From an uncultured Acidimicrobiaceae bacterium (GTDB taxonomy: Bacteria > Actinomycetota > Acidimicrobiia > Acidimicrobiales > RAAP-2), in assembly GCA_963837805.1 (NCBI GenBank), contig CAWIOU010000019.1:26610-90609 (forward strand): a DNA stretch of 64,000 bases, read 5' to 3'. The translations under genes were made by a program, and so were the position numbers. The number at the start of each line of letters is the position of its first letter. Positions within the stretch are counted from its first letter, which is position 1. The notes beneath the pieces are model-generated. The model had not been told where the DNA came from and did no database searches. It was given only the letters and a program-made list of their open reading frames with translations. Shown here in pieces: positions 7,525 through 20,804 of this stretch.

Positions 7525-8851
7525 CGTTGCCCGCAGGTACTTCTCGAACCATGCGCCGGACAACTGGGCCACTTCCTCGAGCGACCCGGGCTCTTCGAAC
7601 AGGTGGGTTGCGCCGGGCACGACGGCGAGCCGGCACGGGCAACAGAGATGGGTGGCCGCCACCCGATTGAGCTCGAGAACGTCGCGATCCGCCCCGCCCA
7701 CGATCAGCAGGGTGGGGCAGCGTACGAGAGGAAGCCGAGCGTCAGCGAGGTCGGGGCAACCCCCGCGCGACACTACGGCTCGGACGGTGTTGCCCGGCGA
7801 CCCGGCCGCCCACAACGCTGCGGCCGCGCCCGTGCTGGCGCCGAAGTAGCCCCGGGGCAGCCAGCCGAGCTGTCCCTGCCTGCGGATCCAATCGCTCGCG
7901 GCCAGCAGTCGACTAGCCAGAAGCTCGACATCAAAGACCTTTCGTCGGTCCGAAGCTTCGGCGGAGGTGAGGAGATCGAACAACAGCGTCCCGAGGCCCC
8001 GCGCGTGAAAGGTTCCGCGCCACCGCCAGGTTCCGAGGGCTGAGACGGCTGCTCCCACTTCCGTGGGCGAAGAGCACGAGACCCCGGGCGCCGGTCGGCA
8101 CCTGCAGGAGTCCCTCCAACTCGCTACCGTCGATGGGGACCGTTACCGCTCGATCGAGGTCAAGTCCGAGAGCCGGATCGGCGGCTCCGCTTGCGTTCTG
8201 GCGAAGCAGTGCGGCGACCTCCTCGTCCGACGTCTGCCCGAAATCGCGGTACCAGAGCCCGACGGCCACGAAGTGAGGGGGGGTCACCAAACTCACGACC
8301 TGGTCGACCTCAGCCTGGAGTTCCTTGACCGTCTCCGAGGGGGCCACGGGCACCGCCAGGACGATGTGACGGGCTCCCCGGGCCCGGGCGATGCGCACGG
8401 CCGTGCGCGCTGTTGCCCCGGTAGCCAGCCCGTCGTCGACGATGACCACCGTGCGTCCCTCGATGGCGATGGGCGCCCGTCCGTCCCGATACCGTCTGAC
8501 CCGGCGGGTCAGCTCTCGACGTTCGAGCGCTTCCACCTGGGTGATGTCCCGTTCTGTCAAACCCACCCGACGGACCAGGTCGGAGTCGAGCAGGCGAACG
8601 CCACCCTCTCCAATGGCCCCGAATCCGAGCTCGGCCTGGAACGGAAGGCCAAGTTTGCGGACCACGATGACGTCGAGCGGCGCCCGTAGGGCGCGGGCCA
8701 CCTCGGCGGCCACCGGCACGCCTCCCCGGGGCAAGGCCAGCACGACCGGCTGTTCGTCCCGGAGGGGGGCTAGCAGTGCGGCTAGGCGCCGACCAGCGTC
8801 TTTCCGGTCGGCGAAGACCTTCTGCCTCTCGTTCGGCCCGACGACGGTCAT
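7525..8851 (-). CDS. phosphoribosyltransferase - dienelactone hydrolase two-domain protein (frame change near 7990-8040)
   Basis: PRTase motif VVIVDDGLATGAT. DLH part: VLFAHGSGSSRLSPRN / GASTGAAAALWAA / VPGATHLFEE. Its ATG at 8851 is 1 nt from the stop of the upstream esterase-like gene. No stop precedes the integrase remnant. Confidence 0.75.
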
Positions 8852-8852
8852 C

Positions 8853-10199
8853 TCACAACCCCGTGGGGAACGTCTCGGCTGGCTCCCCCCGATCCCACAG
8901 GGCGGTTCGCTCGAGGGGCTCGAGGGCACGGGTGCGGTCCATATGGATGACGGCATCGAACTGCTGGGCTAGCTGGGCCTCGAAGTAGTGGCTCTGAAAC
9001 TCGGTCTCCTGCCGGTAGATCACGCCGATGGCCCGCTCGAGCCGAGGGTGGCTCAGCGCGGCGTGAACGGGAAGGTCGGATGTGGACACACAGAACTGGG
9101 GAAGGCCAACGGCGTGCAGCAACGCCTCGTGGCTGTCGGGACGGGCGGGCCGGACCCGCTTACGCTGGGCCGGGGCGCCCCAGTCGTTGGCCGCGGTCAC
9201 CCAGCCGTCGAAGGTGGTGAACCCGATCAACGCGGCATCACCTCCGTATCGCTGCCGTGCCAGCTGACCAACGTTGAGCTCGCCCCGAAGGCCCATCGCC
9301 GTGGCGCGAGCGTCACCCACCTGGGAATTGTGCTCCCACACGACCACCTTGGTGTTGTTCGACTGGCGGTCGAGATGTGAGATCAACGTGTCGAGGGTGC
9401 CAGCCATATGCTGGTCACGTAGGTTCCACGATGACACCTCGGCGCGGTACATCTGGTGGTAGTACTCCTCGGCGTCGCGGACCAGCGCGGATTCTGCTCG
9501 GCATAGAACTGCTCATCCTCGGCCACCCAACCGTCCCGCCGGAGGTAGAGCTCCGCTCGCCGCCGCAACTCCAAAAGTTGGGCCACCACCTCGTTCTCGC
9601 ATGGGGCGGCCCCCTGGTAGACGACCGCATATCCGTACGCCTGACCCTCGAGACTCACATGGTCGAAGCACGAGTAGCGCCGCCGTGCCATTTGAGCCTC
9701 CCGCGGGATCGACCTCATCGAGGTACCCGATGACCGCCTCGATCGAGGTACGTAGACTGTAGAGGTCAAGTCCATAGAAGCGGGCCTTGGCAGCACGGTG
9801 GGTCTGAGCGTCGTTGCGGGCCCGGAGCCACTGCACGAAGCCCAACACATCCCGGTTTCGCCACATCCAGGTGGGAAAGCGGCGGAAGCCCCCAAGCGCG
9901 GCATCAGCATCCTTGTCGGACGACATGCCCATCACATACCTGTTGACCCGGTAGGCGTCTGGCCAATCCCCCTCGACGGCGACGACCGAAAAGCCGAGCT
10001 CGTCGATCAGGCGCCGGGTGATGCGGGCGCGCTCACGGTAGAACTCGTGGGTGCCGTGAGATGCCTCGCCGATCAGGACGAAGCGCCGGTCGCCGATGAG
10101 GGCGAGCAGCGAGTCATAATCCTCGGCCACGCCGATCACCGGCGACGCCGCCTGTCTGAGTGCTTGGGCCGACCGATCGACCAGCAAACTTGTGTCCAT
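8853..10199 (-). CDS. erythromycin esterase family protein (at least 2 frame changes)
   Basis: Three overlapping ORFs (9513..10202, 9383..9910, 8853..9452) tile one Ere-like protein: FVLIGEASHGTHEFY ... VVWEHNSQVGDARAT ... DAVIHMDRTRALEP. Confidence 0.7.
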
Positions 10200-10234
10200 C
10201 AATCCACCATGATCGGCCAGACGCGGGCCGACTA

Positions 10235-10248
10235 GGGCATGAAGTCCC
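10235..10248. promoter_or_regulatory. GGGCATGAAGTCCC, candidate DosR/NarL-type box
   Basis: Matches 11 of 14 positions of the mycobacterial DosR core GGGACTWWAGTCCC as I recall it. It lies 36-49 nt upstream of the esterase-like/PRT-DLH operon start. Confidence 0.3.
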
Positions 10249-10806
10249 TAATCGCTCGCTGAGGGCGCATGGGCAAGAAATAGGGGATCCTGGCGGCTCA
10301 GTTGAGGTGACCCGATTGCAGCTGCTCCATGCTCTGGAACCAATTCCTCGACCAACTCGACATCCAGCGTCCGGCCCGGGTCAGCAGCGGCTCGTTCGGG
10401 TCAATAGCAACGTGTGACGGTGGTGTTCCAGAATGAGGCGCCACAAGAGCGGGTCAACTCCACCTTGGCGGCTTACCCACGTGCTTACTAGACCGTCACT
10501 ATGGGACATCGAGACGGCACCGGAAGCCAACATTGCCGATATACGCCGTTTTCCTCCGTCATGATCTGAAGGCCCGGGGCTGCTTGCCCAAGCCCCAAGA
10601 CGCGCCATAAGTGACCCAGTGCTCACGACCGTTGCCCGCCTGGGACCGGCCCGGTTGAGGCACCTCGCCCCAGGCCTGCAGGCACGGCCGGGAGCAGCTC
10701 GGCGAAGATCGATAACTACGCCAGCAGGGACTGATCCTTGGCCACCTGATGACCTTTGGCCCTGGCCAGTTGGCATCTCCGATGCTGAACTGAATTGGTG
10801 AGCCTG

Positions 10807-12371
10807 ATGACCCAACCCGACGAGGCGATGCCCGGTCTGCGGGATCGTCACCGACGGCTGGCCCTAGCCATCGTGTGTCTCACGGCGCTGATCATCAACG
10901 TCGACAACACCATCCTCAACGTCGCGTTGCCGACGCTCGTACGGGATCTGCATGCCACGTCGAGCCAGCTCCAATGGATCGTGGACTCCTATGCCATGGT
11001 GTTCGCCGGCCTGCTGCTCGTGGGAGGGACGTTGGCTGACCGGTTCGGCCGCAAACGGCTTTTTCTGATCGGACTCACCGTATTCGCACTGGGGTCGATC
11101 GGCGCGGCCCTAGCCGGATCAGTGACGTCGCTAATCGGGTTCCGGGCCGTCATGGGTGCTGGTGCCGCACTCACGATCCCGACGTCGCTGGCGATCATCA
11201 ACGACATCTTCCGTGATCCGGGCGAGAGGGCTCGCGCCATCGGTGTCTGGGCCGGCACGATCGGGCTCGGGATCGCCATCGGTCCCATCGCCGGTGGGCT
11301 TCTGTTGTCGAAGTTCTGGTGGGGGTCGATTTTCTTTGTCAACGTCCCGATCGTGTGCATCGGCTTCCTTGGGGCCACGCTGCTGGTTCCCGACTCGAAG
11401 AACCCGCACGTGCAGCGCCCCGATCCCGTCGGGGGCCGTGTTGTCGATCGCCGGCCTCGGACTGCTGCTCTGGGCGATCATCGAGGGCCCGACCCGGGGG
11501 TGGACGTCAGCGACCGTGCTGGGGGCAGGACTGGCCAGCCTCGTGGTGCTCGGTGGGTTCATCATCTGGGAGTCCTTCAGCACGCATCCCATGCTCAAGC
11601 TCGAGTTCTTCCGCAATCGCAGTTTTTCGGTCGCCCTCGCCTCAGAGTGCTTGGCCGTGTTCGGGCTTATGGGGGCACTGTTCCTGTCGACGCAGTTTCT
11701 GCAGTTCGACCTCGGGTTCTCACCCCTCCAGGCCGGCCTCCGGATCCTCCCGATTGCGGTCATGATCGTCGTCGGCGCTGCGGTGTCCCCCCTGGCGGCC
11801 CGCCTGGTGGGCATCAAGTTCACGGTAGCGGCCGGCCTCGTGTCGATCGCGGCCGGCCTCTGGCAGGTCTCGGCGTCATCGCGGTTCTGATACGACTTAC
11901 GGCGACGTCGTCGTTGGGCTTGCTCCTGATCGGCCTCGGTGCCGGCCTCATGCTGCCGACCGCCACGAATTCGGTCATGGTCGGTCCCCCAGGGGGACTC
12001 GGGGATGGGGTCCGCCAGCAACACCGTGGCACTCCAGGTCGGCGGAGCGTTGGGTGTCGCAGTAATCGGCAGCGTGATGCTTACCCGCTACCAGGGCCAC
12101 ATGGCGGCAGTGTTGGCTGGCCGACACGTGCCTTCATCGGTCGCACAGACCATCTTCGGGTCCCTGGGCGCTGCCCTAGCGGTGGCAGTCCGCGTCGGAG
12201 GCTCGACCGGGTTCGGGCTGGCCCGCGCCGTGCACCGCTTTCATGAGCGGCAACGACGTGGCACTCACTGTGGGCGCTATCGTCGCCGTCGCCGCAGCCG
12301 TCCTCGTGCTCGTGGCGCTACCCTCGAACTGTCCTGCTACGCCGACACCTCCCGACGAGCCGGATCATTGA
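10807..12371 (+). CDS. MFS drug:H+ antiporter, DHA2 (EmrB/QacA) type (multiple frame changes)
   Basis: NVDNTILNVALPTL, LADRFGRKRLFLIGL and later TM segments are spread over ORFs 10795.., 11156.. and 11939.. plus a final frame ending AFMSGNDVALTVGAIVAVAAAVLVLVALPS...DH, with the stop at 12369-12371. Confidence 0.7.
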
Positions 12372-12802
12372 GCCCGGAGTAGGCATACCGTCTGGAACCC
12401 TGGCCGGAGCCGAATCCACCCGGGGTCGACTTCCTGCCGCTTCCAACCTGCCCCAATCGGCCGGGAAAAGACATGCCTTTTCGGACCTGAACGTAGTTGC
12501 TGCCGGGGCGATCGTAAGGTTCTGTCGGTTTGAGTCCAGGAGATGGACAGCCGGAGCGATCAGACGAGTGGTGCCGATAAGACCTGTGTCGATGATTGCG
12601 ATGTCCACGGTGGTGCTCTCAGATCGACCTCAAACCTATCCCTACAGGGTTTACTCGCTGCTGTCAGGTGATCGTGGTCAGCGTGGAGTCCTGAGGCGCT
12701 CGAGTAGTCGTCAAAGAGGTGCGTTCAACCATGCCTTGATTCCTGCGGACCGGGCCTGATGGTGGCGGCAGTTGCAACCCTTTTGACCCTCAAGGCGTCG
12801 CG

Positions 12803-14226
12803 GTGAGCGAAAGCGAAGAACACCTCAAGAGCGGCCAGCGGGCATGTGGACGTAACGGCATCGACGGTCGCCAACATCGGGCCGGGGATCGACTTCTACT
12901 TCGCATTCGGGGTGATTGCTGTACTCGCCGGCGTCGCCGCGCCGCTTACAATCATCGCTGGAGGCGTCGCTGTCGTGCTCCTTGCCTTCACGGTGGCGGA
13001 ATTCACCAAGGTGGAGCCGTCCGCTGGAAGTTTCATCACGTATGTGGAAACCGGCTTGGGGAGCGAGAGCCGGTGGTCACCACTGCGCTGCTCGTCATCG
13101 TCGGATACACGGTGGCCATCGCAGGGGTCTTTACCATGTCGGGCGGGGACGGCGGCCTTGACGCTCGCCCACTACACCTCGTGGCATCCCCACTGGTCCG
13201 CTCTCCTTCCTCCTGACAAGTGGCGCCATCTGGTTGACGATTCACGGCGTCAAACTGTCCACGACGTCCGTGGGGGCTGCTCGTGATCGTTGAGGTCGCG
13301 GTCATGGTTGCCGGTCTGCGCCGTCGTACTCGTCGATCAACGAGCTCACCTCTCTGCCATCCCGTCTCGATGGTCCCACCTCAGTGGTGGTTTGGCTGGC
13401 CTCCTCGGCCGGCTTCCCGCTGGCTCTTTACATGTTCATAGGCTGGGAGAACGGACCGGCGCTGGCCGAAGAGTGCCGGAATCCGAGAAAGGCCGTTCCG
13501 AAGGCTCTGGGACTTCTCCAGGGGCATCGCGGGCGCCCTGTTCGTCCTCTTCGCATACGCCACGGTCACCGGATTTGGCTACGACGTCTCCTCAATCGGT
13601 CGTTCGTCAGTGCCGTTCCTCACGGTGGCGGACCAGTACTTAGGGCGAGCGGCCGTTCTGGCCTGGATCGCCGGCATCGTCTCGGTGTTGGCCACGCTGG
13701 TTGCCGCCGCTAACTCCCAGTCACGAATGCTCTACGACGGCGGGCGTAACGGACTCCTTCCCGCGAAGCTTGGGCTTGTTCGTTCGAGTTCAAACACACC
13801 GTCGAACGCGTTGGTCATGTTTGTCGTGGGCTTCGGGATCATCGGCGTCTGGTGGATTTCCACCTGGCCAGTGGGAAGCACCGCCTCAATGGATCCCGTC
13901 GGTCTCTATGCCGAGTGCTCGACGACGGGCACGATCGTGATCCTGTTCGTCTATTCCCTGACGACGCTCTCTCTCCCGGTATTTATGTGGCGCCATCACC
14001 GGGGGTCATTTTCGATCTTCCGACATGTCGTATCCTGGTTCTCGGGTCGCTCACGCTCGTCGTGCCGTTTATCGAATTGCGTAACCCTGGCCAACCAGCG
14101 CCCTACAGCTCGTTCCCGTTTGTCGCACTCACGATCCTGGTTGCAGCGATCTTGATCGCCTGTGTCGTGGTCCACCGTCGTCCAGATACCGGTTCGCAGG
14201 AGGGTGCTTTCTCGGAGGCTGAGTGA
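12803..14226 (+). CDS. APC-family amino acid permease (multiple frame changes)
   Basis: TM-rich pieces lie in ORFs 12846.., 12803.., 13384.., 13610.. and 13852.. Examples: ANIGPGIDFYFAFGV, YMFIGWENGPALAEECRNPRKAVPKA, VLATLVAAANSQSRMLYDGGRNGLLP. Confidence 0.65.
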
Positions 14227-15133
14227 TGGTCGCTGGCGTCAACTCAGGCTCGATGCCACCCTGCCATTGGGAACCCGCGGCACCAGGGCCGCCGCTGTAT
14301 CGAAGACTCGAATCACAGGACCCTCGAGGGCTTTTGGGTCAAACGCGCGAGGTTAAGTCAAGTTGCTGCCCCACCGATATCAGTTTCACGGCGGAAGTTG
14401 AGGAGTAGCGCGGTGGTGACCAATCTCCGGGTGCTGAAGCCTGCGGTCGACAAGATCCGTCACCTACTGCACGCAGCCCAAAGTGAACCAACTGAACCAT
14501 AGGAAACGTCGCCAGTTCCACGGCCCGGTCGGCAACGTCGTGTTCCCCTGGAGCGTTTGTTCGGCCCACGCCCGCACCACCTCGTCGAGCACGTGCTGCC
14601 TATTCACGCCATTGCTCCTGCGGCCGATGTGGAGGGTGCGGACCGTTGGTGTGTAGGTCGCGAGACGGATGGCGGCTGGCTCTCTCCGACGAGATCGTCG
14701 ATCACCTGCTGGCCACACTTCGGAGAGGCTTCAACGAACATCGTCCGTCATGCCCACCTTCTCGGGCCAGTGTGATCCTCAGTGTGGATACCGAGTCGTG
14801 TCGTCTGCAGATCCTCATTAGCTAATGGACTCGGTATTGATCACGTGCAGAATCAGGGTGGAGGCAACGGACTCGTCAACATGAGGAGACGGGCATAGAA
14901 GTTGCGGGGAAGCTTCGAGATCGAGACTCCCGGGGCCGACGGCACTCTGCAGATCTGGCAGATGCCCTTTGGTCGAGCGACATGACCAAGGCATTGCTGG
15001 GTGCGGAGCCCGAAGACCGGGGATTTCCCCCACATGTGGCATCGGGGCACCGGATAAGCGCCTCCGACCCGGCAGCGATAGAAGACAGGATCAGTGCTTT
15101 ATCGCCCTGGGCGCGAGCATGCGCAACCCCAAA

Positions 15134-15343
15134 TCAGTCGTGCGTATATTTGACGACGGAGGCGTCCGGCCCTGGGAAAAATAGGTCCTCATGGCCTGTA
15201 TCCCCCCACCGCACGAGGTATGGAGGTTCCCCGGTCTCATGGCGAACCTCCAGGACTTCGCAGTCACGATCAGGCTCACCCATGCGATGCCCCTTGATGA
15301 CAATCCTGTCTCCAGCCTTCGCTTGCATCTGGGCTCCCTTCAT
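15134..15343 (-). CDS. DUF1918 domain protein
   Basis: AKAGDRIVIKGHRMGEPDRDCEVLEVRHETGEPPYLVRWGDTGHEDLFFPGPDA matches the DUF1918 pattern as I remember it. Confidence 0.75.
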   Translation of the reverse strand: MKGAQMQAKAGDRIVIKGHRMGEPDRDCEVLEVRHETGEPPYLVRWGDTGHEDLFFPGPDASVVKYTHD

Positions 15344-15426
15344 TGCTTAGAGGACTAATAGTCATGATCCACCCCCAGGTGAACCGTCACCAGGGTCTAA
15401 GGTCCCTGTCCCACCCACGTCGGGCT

Positions 15427-15440
15427 GGGACTATTTGCCC
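15427..15440. promoter_or_regulatory. GGGACTATTTGCCC, candidate DosR/NarL-type box
   Basis: The left half matches the DosR core exactly. It lies 84-97 nt upstream of the DUF1918 start. Nearby are GGTCCCTGTCCC and CAGGGTCCCTG. Confidence 0.25.
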
Positions 15441-15967
15441 TAGGCTGGGGGTCGTCGCAGGGTCCCTGCTGGCATGGTGGGACGATTGAGAGTTTTCGAC
15501 CAGTGGCAGCAGAGTTCCCACCTCCCCTGGGTTCGCTTGTTCGGTGGTCTGCTCCTCGTACTTGCTGGCGTGTAGGTCTTGGTGGCCGGCCCTCTGTTTC
15601 ATCGGTTGTGACTGGACATCATCGGGGTAGCGATACTGACCCTCGGCGCCTTCTGCGTGCCAAATACCTCAACCGAAGCGCTGAAGTGGGACTTTCTTGG
15701 GAGGCTAGGGGCCGCGAAGAATGGCGGCGGTCATTACTTCGCTACGCCTCACTTAGTCGGCCAGTCGATCCGCGAAAGCCTATTCGAGGCACCCGGATGA
15801 CATCTTTGGCACCAAGCCATTGCAGAGGGCACTAACCACGTGGCCGGTGCCGCTTTGGTCGGAGGCGCGCCGAGGTTCGTCGCTCGACATGGATAGTGGA
15901 AACCGTTTCGTCTGACACGTCGTCGGCAATTGGGTGACGAAACTGGGTTGGCGTGTAAGACGATCCA

Positions 15968-17275
<1,308 letters not shown>

Positions 17276-17329
17276 TCACCCCGGAGGTCACCACTTGGAG
17301 CGTTCCCTTGGATTGCGGTGCCAGCGCCA

Positions 17330-17737
17330 TCAGCCCGACGACCCGGGACCCGTACTGGAGGCCTGCATCTGCTCGAGCAGCTCCTGGGTTTCGGTCAACG
17401 ATGCCGTGATGATTTGCTTGGCCACTTCCAGAAGATCGAAGAGCAGCGGCTCGGTGACCGAGTAGTAGACGTTCGCCCCCACCTTCCGGACCTGGATGAG
17501 GTTGGCCCGGCGCATGATGCCGAGCTGTTGGGAGAGGTGCGATGCCTCGATGCCGACCTCAGGGATGAGCTCGCTGACCGGTCGCTCACCGTCCCGGAGG
17601 ACCTCGAGGATGCGGATCCGCGCCGGGTGCCCGAGGGTCTTGAAGAACTCCGCTTTCACCTGGTAGATCGGGGTACTCATCGGTGTCGCATCTCCTGTCA
17701 TGGTCACGGCCTCACGCTTCCCGAGAGACAGGGCCAT
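17330..17737 (-). CDS. ArsR/SmtB family transcriptional regulator
   Basis: FFKTLGHPARIRILEVLRDGERPVSELIPEVGIEASHLSQQLGIMRRANLIQVRKVGANVYYSV. It starts 77 nt downstream of the hydrogenase-like operon on the same strand. Confidence 0.85.
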   Translation of the reverse strand: MALSLGKREAVTMTGDATPMSTPIYQVKAEFFKTLGHPARIRILEVLRDGERPVSELIPEVGIEASHLSQQLGIMRRANLIQVRKVGANVYYSVTEPLLFDLLEVAKQIITASLTETQELLEQMQASSTGPGSSG

Positions 17738-17813
17738 GAACTCGAGTGGTGCCGGTCGCCCGGCTCAATCCCTTCAAGCTTAATGAATTGATGAATCTGG
17801 CAATTGACCACCA

Positions 17814-19349
17814 TCAGAGGTCGTTCCCCGCATAGGAAAGGTTGAAGCTCTTGTTGGCCAGCGGGAAGTCAGGGACGATCGTGTCGGTCAGGCACACCGG
17901 GAGTGCCGGCCAGTTGAGGAAGGACGGATCGACCACCTTGACCCTGACCACCCGGCCCTCTCCGTCGAGCTCCACCCGATGCACCACAGCCCCCCGCCAG
18001 CCCTCGGCGATACCCACCCCTCCCTCCGAAGGCTGCGCACCGCTGCGGTTCTCGATCCAGGTCACCACCTCGAGGGCATCGCTGCGCTCGATGAGGTCGG
18101 CCAGGAGCGACAGCGATGCCCGGACCTCGTCCACCCGGATGCGAAATCGGGCCAGCACGTCTCCGCCCGAATGCACTGTCAGCGAAAACCCGTCCCCTAG
18201 GTCGGCAAGGGGATGGGCTGACCCGGGCGTCGAAGGCCAGTCCCGACGCCCGGCCGACGACACCGATGACCCCGAGGTCTCGGGCGTGGGCCTTATCGAG
18301 GGTCGCCGTCCCCGTGAACCGCTCCATGACGAGGGCGCTCGAGGTGACCAGCTCGACCAGCTCCTCGAAGCGCTGACCGATCTCGGCCAGCTCGGCCTCG
18401 GAGGGGAGGCGGAGCACACGGGCGCCTCCCGGCACGACGCCACCCCGCAGGAGGCGGTGACCGGTGACGGCCTGGTTCAGGCGCAGAAGGTTCTCGCGAA
18501 GGGTGAGCGCCCAGGCCTGGGCGATCCCGAACCCGACGTCGTTGCACAGCGCACCGATGTCGGCAACATGGTTGTAGAGACGTTCGAGTTCCAACAGCGC
18601 ACACCGCAGGAGCTGGCGCGTCCTCCGGCACCTGGGTCTGCCGGGCGTCCTCCACGGCCAGGCAGTAGGCCAGCCCGTGCCCGACGGCGGTGTCCCCGAG
18701 ATCCGCTCAGCGATCTCGAGGCCGGCGGCGACGTCTTTTCCCTGGCACAGCCGTTCGATCCCCTTGTGGACGAACCACAGCCGGGCCTTCATCCGCAGGA
18801 TGGTCTCCCCCACCACCCAGAAGCGGAAATGCCCGGGCTCGATGAGCCCGGCGTGCACCGGTCCGACCGGGATCTCGTACACACCGGTGCCTTCGACCGG
18901 GATGAACGGGAACGATCCGGCGTCGGCGACCATCGGGGGGACGTCGCCCGATCCGTGGCGCATCGGATGCCAGCCCTCCGGCCAGTGCTGATGGAGCACC
19001 AGGCGCCGGGGTTGGGGGTGGTCGACGGGCTCGATCCCGAAGAGGTCGGAAAGCTCGCGCTCGAACCGGGAGGCGGGAAACGAGAGCCCGGCCAGGGAGG
19101 GCACCTGGCGGCCGCGACCGGTCGATGGGTACATGGAGCTCGACACGGCTGTCGGGCGGGCCGCCGGTGAACAGGTAGACGGCGCGCATCGACACTCCGT
19201 CGTCGTGTCCGGACACAAGGGCGAGCCGCATCCCGTCGGCGAACAGGGACGTGGCCACGTCCACCAGGTCGCCGCTCTGCACGGCGGCGGCGACCCGGTG
19301 ATGACCCACCTGGCGAAGGGGCTCGGACAGCGTCGGCGGGAAGGCTCAT
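17814..19349 (-). CDS. NuoC-NuoD/HycE-like 'large subunit' lacking NiFe cysteine ligands (several frame changes)
   Basis: GVYEIPVGPVHAGLIEPGHFRF is present. The L1 position reads ERISGDTAVGH (expected RxCGxCxxxH). The C-terminus reads SFNLSYAGNDL (expected DPCxxCxxR). Its ATG overlaps the stop of the upstream gene (ATGA). Confidence 0.8.
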
Positions 19350-20804
19350 GTGGCCACCACATGGGCCGCGGCGCTCGAGCAACCCGGACAGCGGCCAGGC
19401 GAACACGCCGATGAGGCCACAGATCACCAAACCGCCGACCAGGGGCGCGGCCACCCAGCCGGGTGGAGGTGCCTGGACGACCGCTGTCCCCGAAGGACCG
19501 AGGAGCATGTGGCGGGCATGACCGACGACGGCGACGAAGATCACCACCATGGCCACGATCGCCGCCACCGCGGCCCAGCCCAGCCCCACCTCGAACTCAG
19601 CTCGGGCCATGAGCAGCTCGCTGCTGAACAGGCTGAAGGGCGGGAGCCCGAGCAGGGCCACGAGCCCGATGCCGAACACCCCACCGAGCGCGGGCGTCGG
19701 GCCAGCAGCGCCCGCACCCCGTCGATCTGGCTGGTTCCCTCGGCTGCCATGATCTCGCCGGAGGTCAGGAACAACACGCTCTTGGCCAGGCCGTGGCCGA
19801 GGATGTGGAGCAACACCGCGGCGATGGCGAGCGGGATGCCCGCCGCCGCGCCGAGGGCGATGAGCCCCATGTGCTCGATGCTGTGGTAGGCGAGCATCCG
19901 CTTGTAGTCGCGTTGGGTGAGCAGCAGCGAGGCGGCCATGGCCAACGACAGGAGGGCCACGATGACGAGCAACCCCCGGGCGAACCCGGGCCCACGGCCA
20001 GGTCCACCACCGCCTTGAACCGCAGGATGGCGTAGAAGGCCACGGTGAGCAGCACGCCGGACATCAGGGCGGAGATCGGAGCCGGTGCCTGGCTGTGGGC
20101 GTCGGGCAGCCAGCTGTGCATCGGGGCCAGGCCCACCTTGGTCCCATATCCCAGGACCAGCAGGGCGAAGGCCAGCCGCATCACCGACGGGTCGAGGTGT
20201 CGGGCGTGGGCCATGAGTGACGTCCAGTCGAGGGCGTCGGCCGAGTGGCCACCGGCGTGCAACGCGGCCAGGTAGACGAGCACCGTGCCCAGAAAGGCCA
20301 AGGCGATGCCCACCGAGCAGATCACGATGTACTTCCACGAGGCTTCGAGGGCCCCCTTGGTCCGGCGGTGGCCGACCAGGAAGGTGGTGACGATGGTGGT
20401 GGCTTCTATGGCCACCCACAGCACGCCGACGTTGGCAGCCAGGACGGCGAGCAGCATGGCGGCCACGAACGCCTGGACCAGCACGCCGTAGGTGGTGGCT
20501 CGCCGTTGTGTGCTCTGTCCGTTGGCCAGCTCGAGGGCGACGGTGCGGATCCCGATCCACGAGGCCAACAGGGCGATGGCCCCGATGACCACGACCATGA
20601 ACGCACTCAGGGCGTCGGCCCGCAGCACACCCCCCGCCCCGGTCAGCGGACCGGTCCGGACCACCCGCACCGCCGCCCAGATGCCGAGGCCCAGGGCGGC
20701 ACCGTTTGTGCCGACCCGGCCCACCCGAGTATCGGCCGTCCCCTGCCGGCGGCACGACCGCTGCCGCCGAGGAGGGGAAGGACGAGGATGCAGACCAGGA
20801 CCAT
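19346..20804 (-). CDS. HyfF/NuoN-like proton-conducting membrane subunit (frame changes)
   Basis: WVAIEATTIVTTFLVGHRR...GTKVGLAPMHSWLPDAHSQAPAPISALMSGVLL. The start overlaps the stop of the upstream gene (TGATG). Confidence 0.8.

Noticed and set aside
10249-10806. An expected TetR-type regulator between the esterase-like operon and the MFS gene (ORFs 10381-10851 and 10160-10417)
   Set aside because: None of the six frames gives an HTH or a TetR-like sequence. Only short plausible stretches appear (for example DPNEPLLTRAGRWMSSWSRNWFQSMEQLQ), which is not enough to call a gene.
12318-12608. 96-aa minus-strand ORF starting VDIAIIDTGLIGTT, which resembles a decayed NADP/F420 oxidoreductase N-terminus (IAIIGTGNIG)
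   Set aside because: The glycine-rich loop is broken (D for G), codon bias is weak, it overlaps the MFS 3' end by about 50 nt, and the rest has no similarity I recognise. At most it is a relic.
14226-15130. Coding potential between the APC permease and DUF1918 (ORFs 14464-14718, 14818-15050 and others)
   Set aside because: All candidate frames are short and mutually overlapping, with no motifs I recognise. The 10-bp inverted repeat ATACCGAGTC/GACTCGGTAT near 14786-14837 is noted but unexplained.
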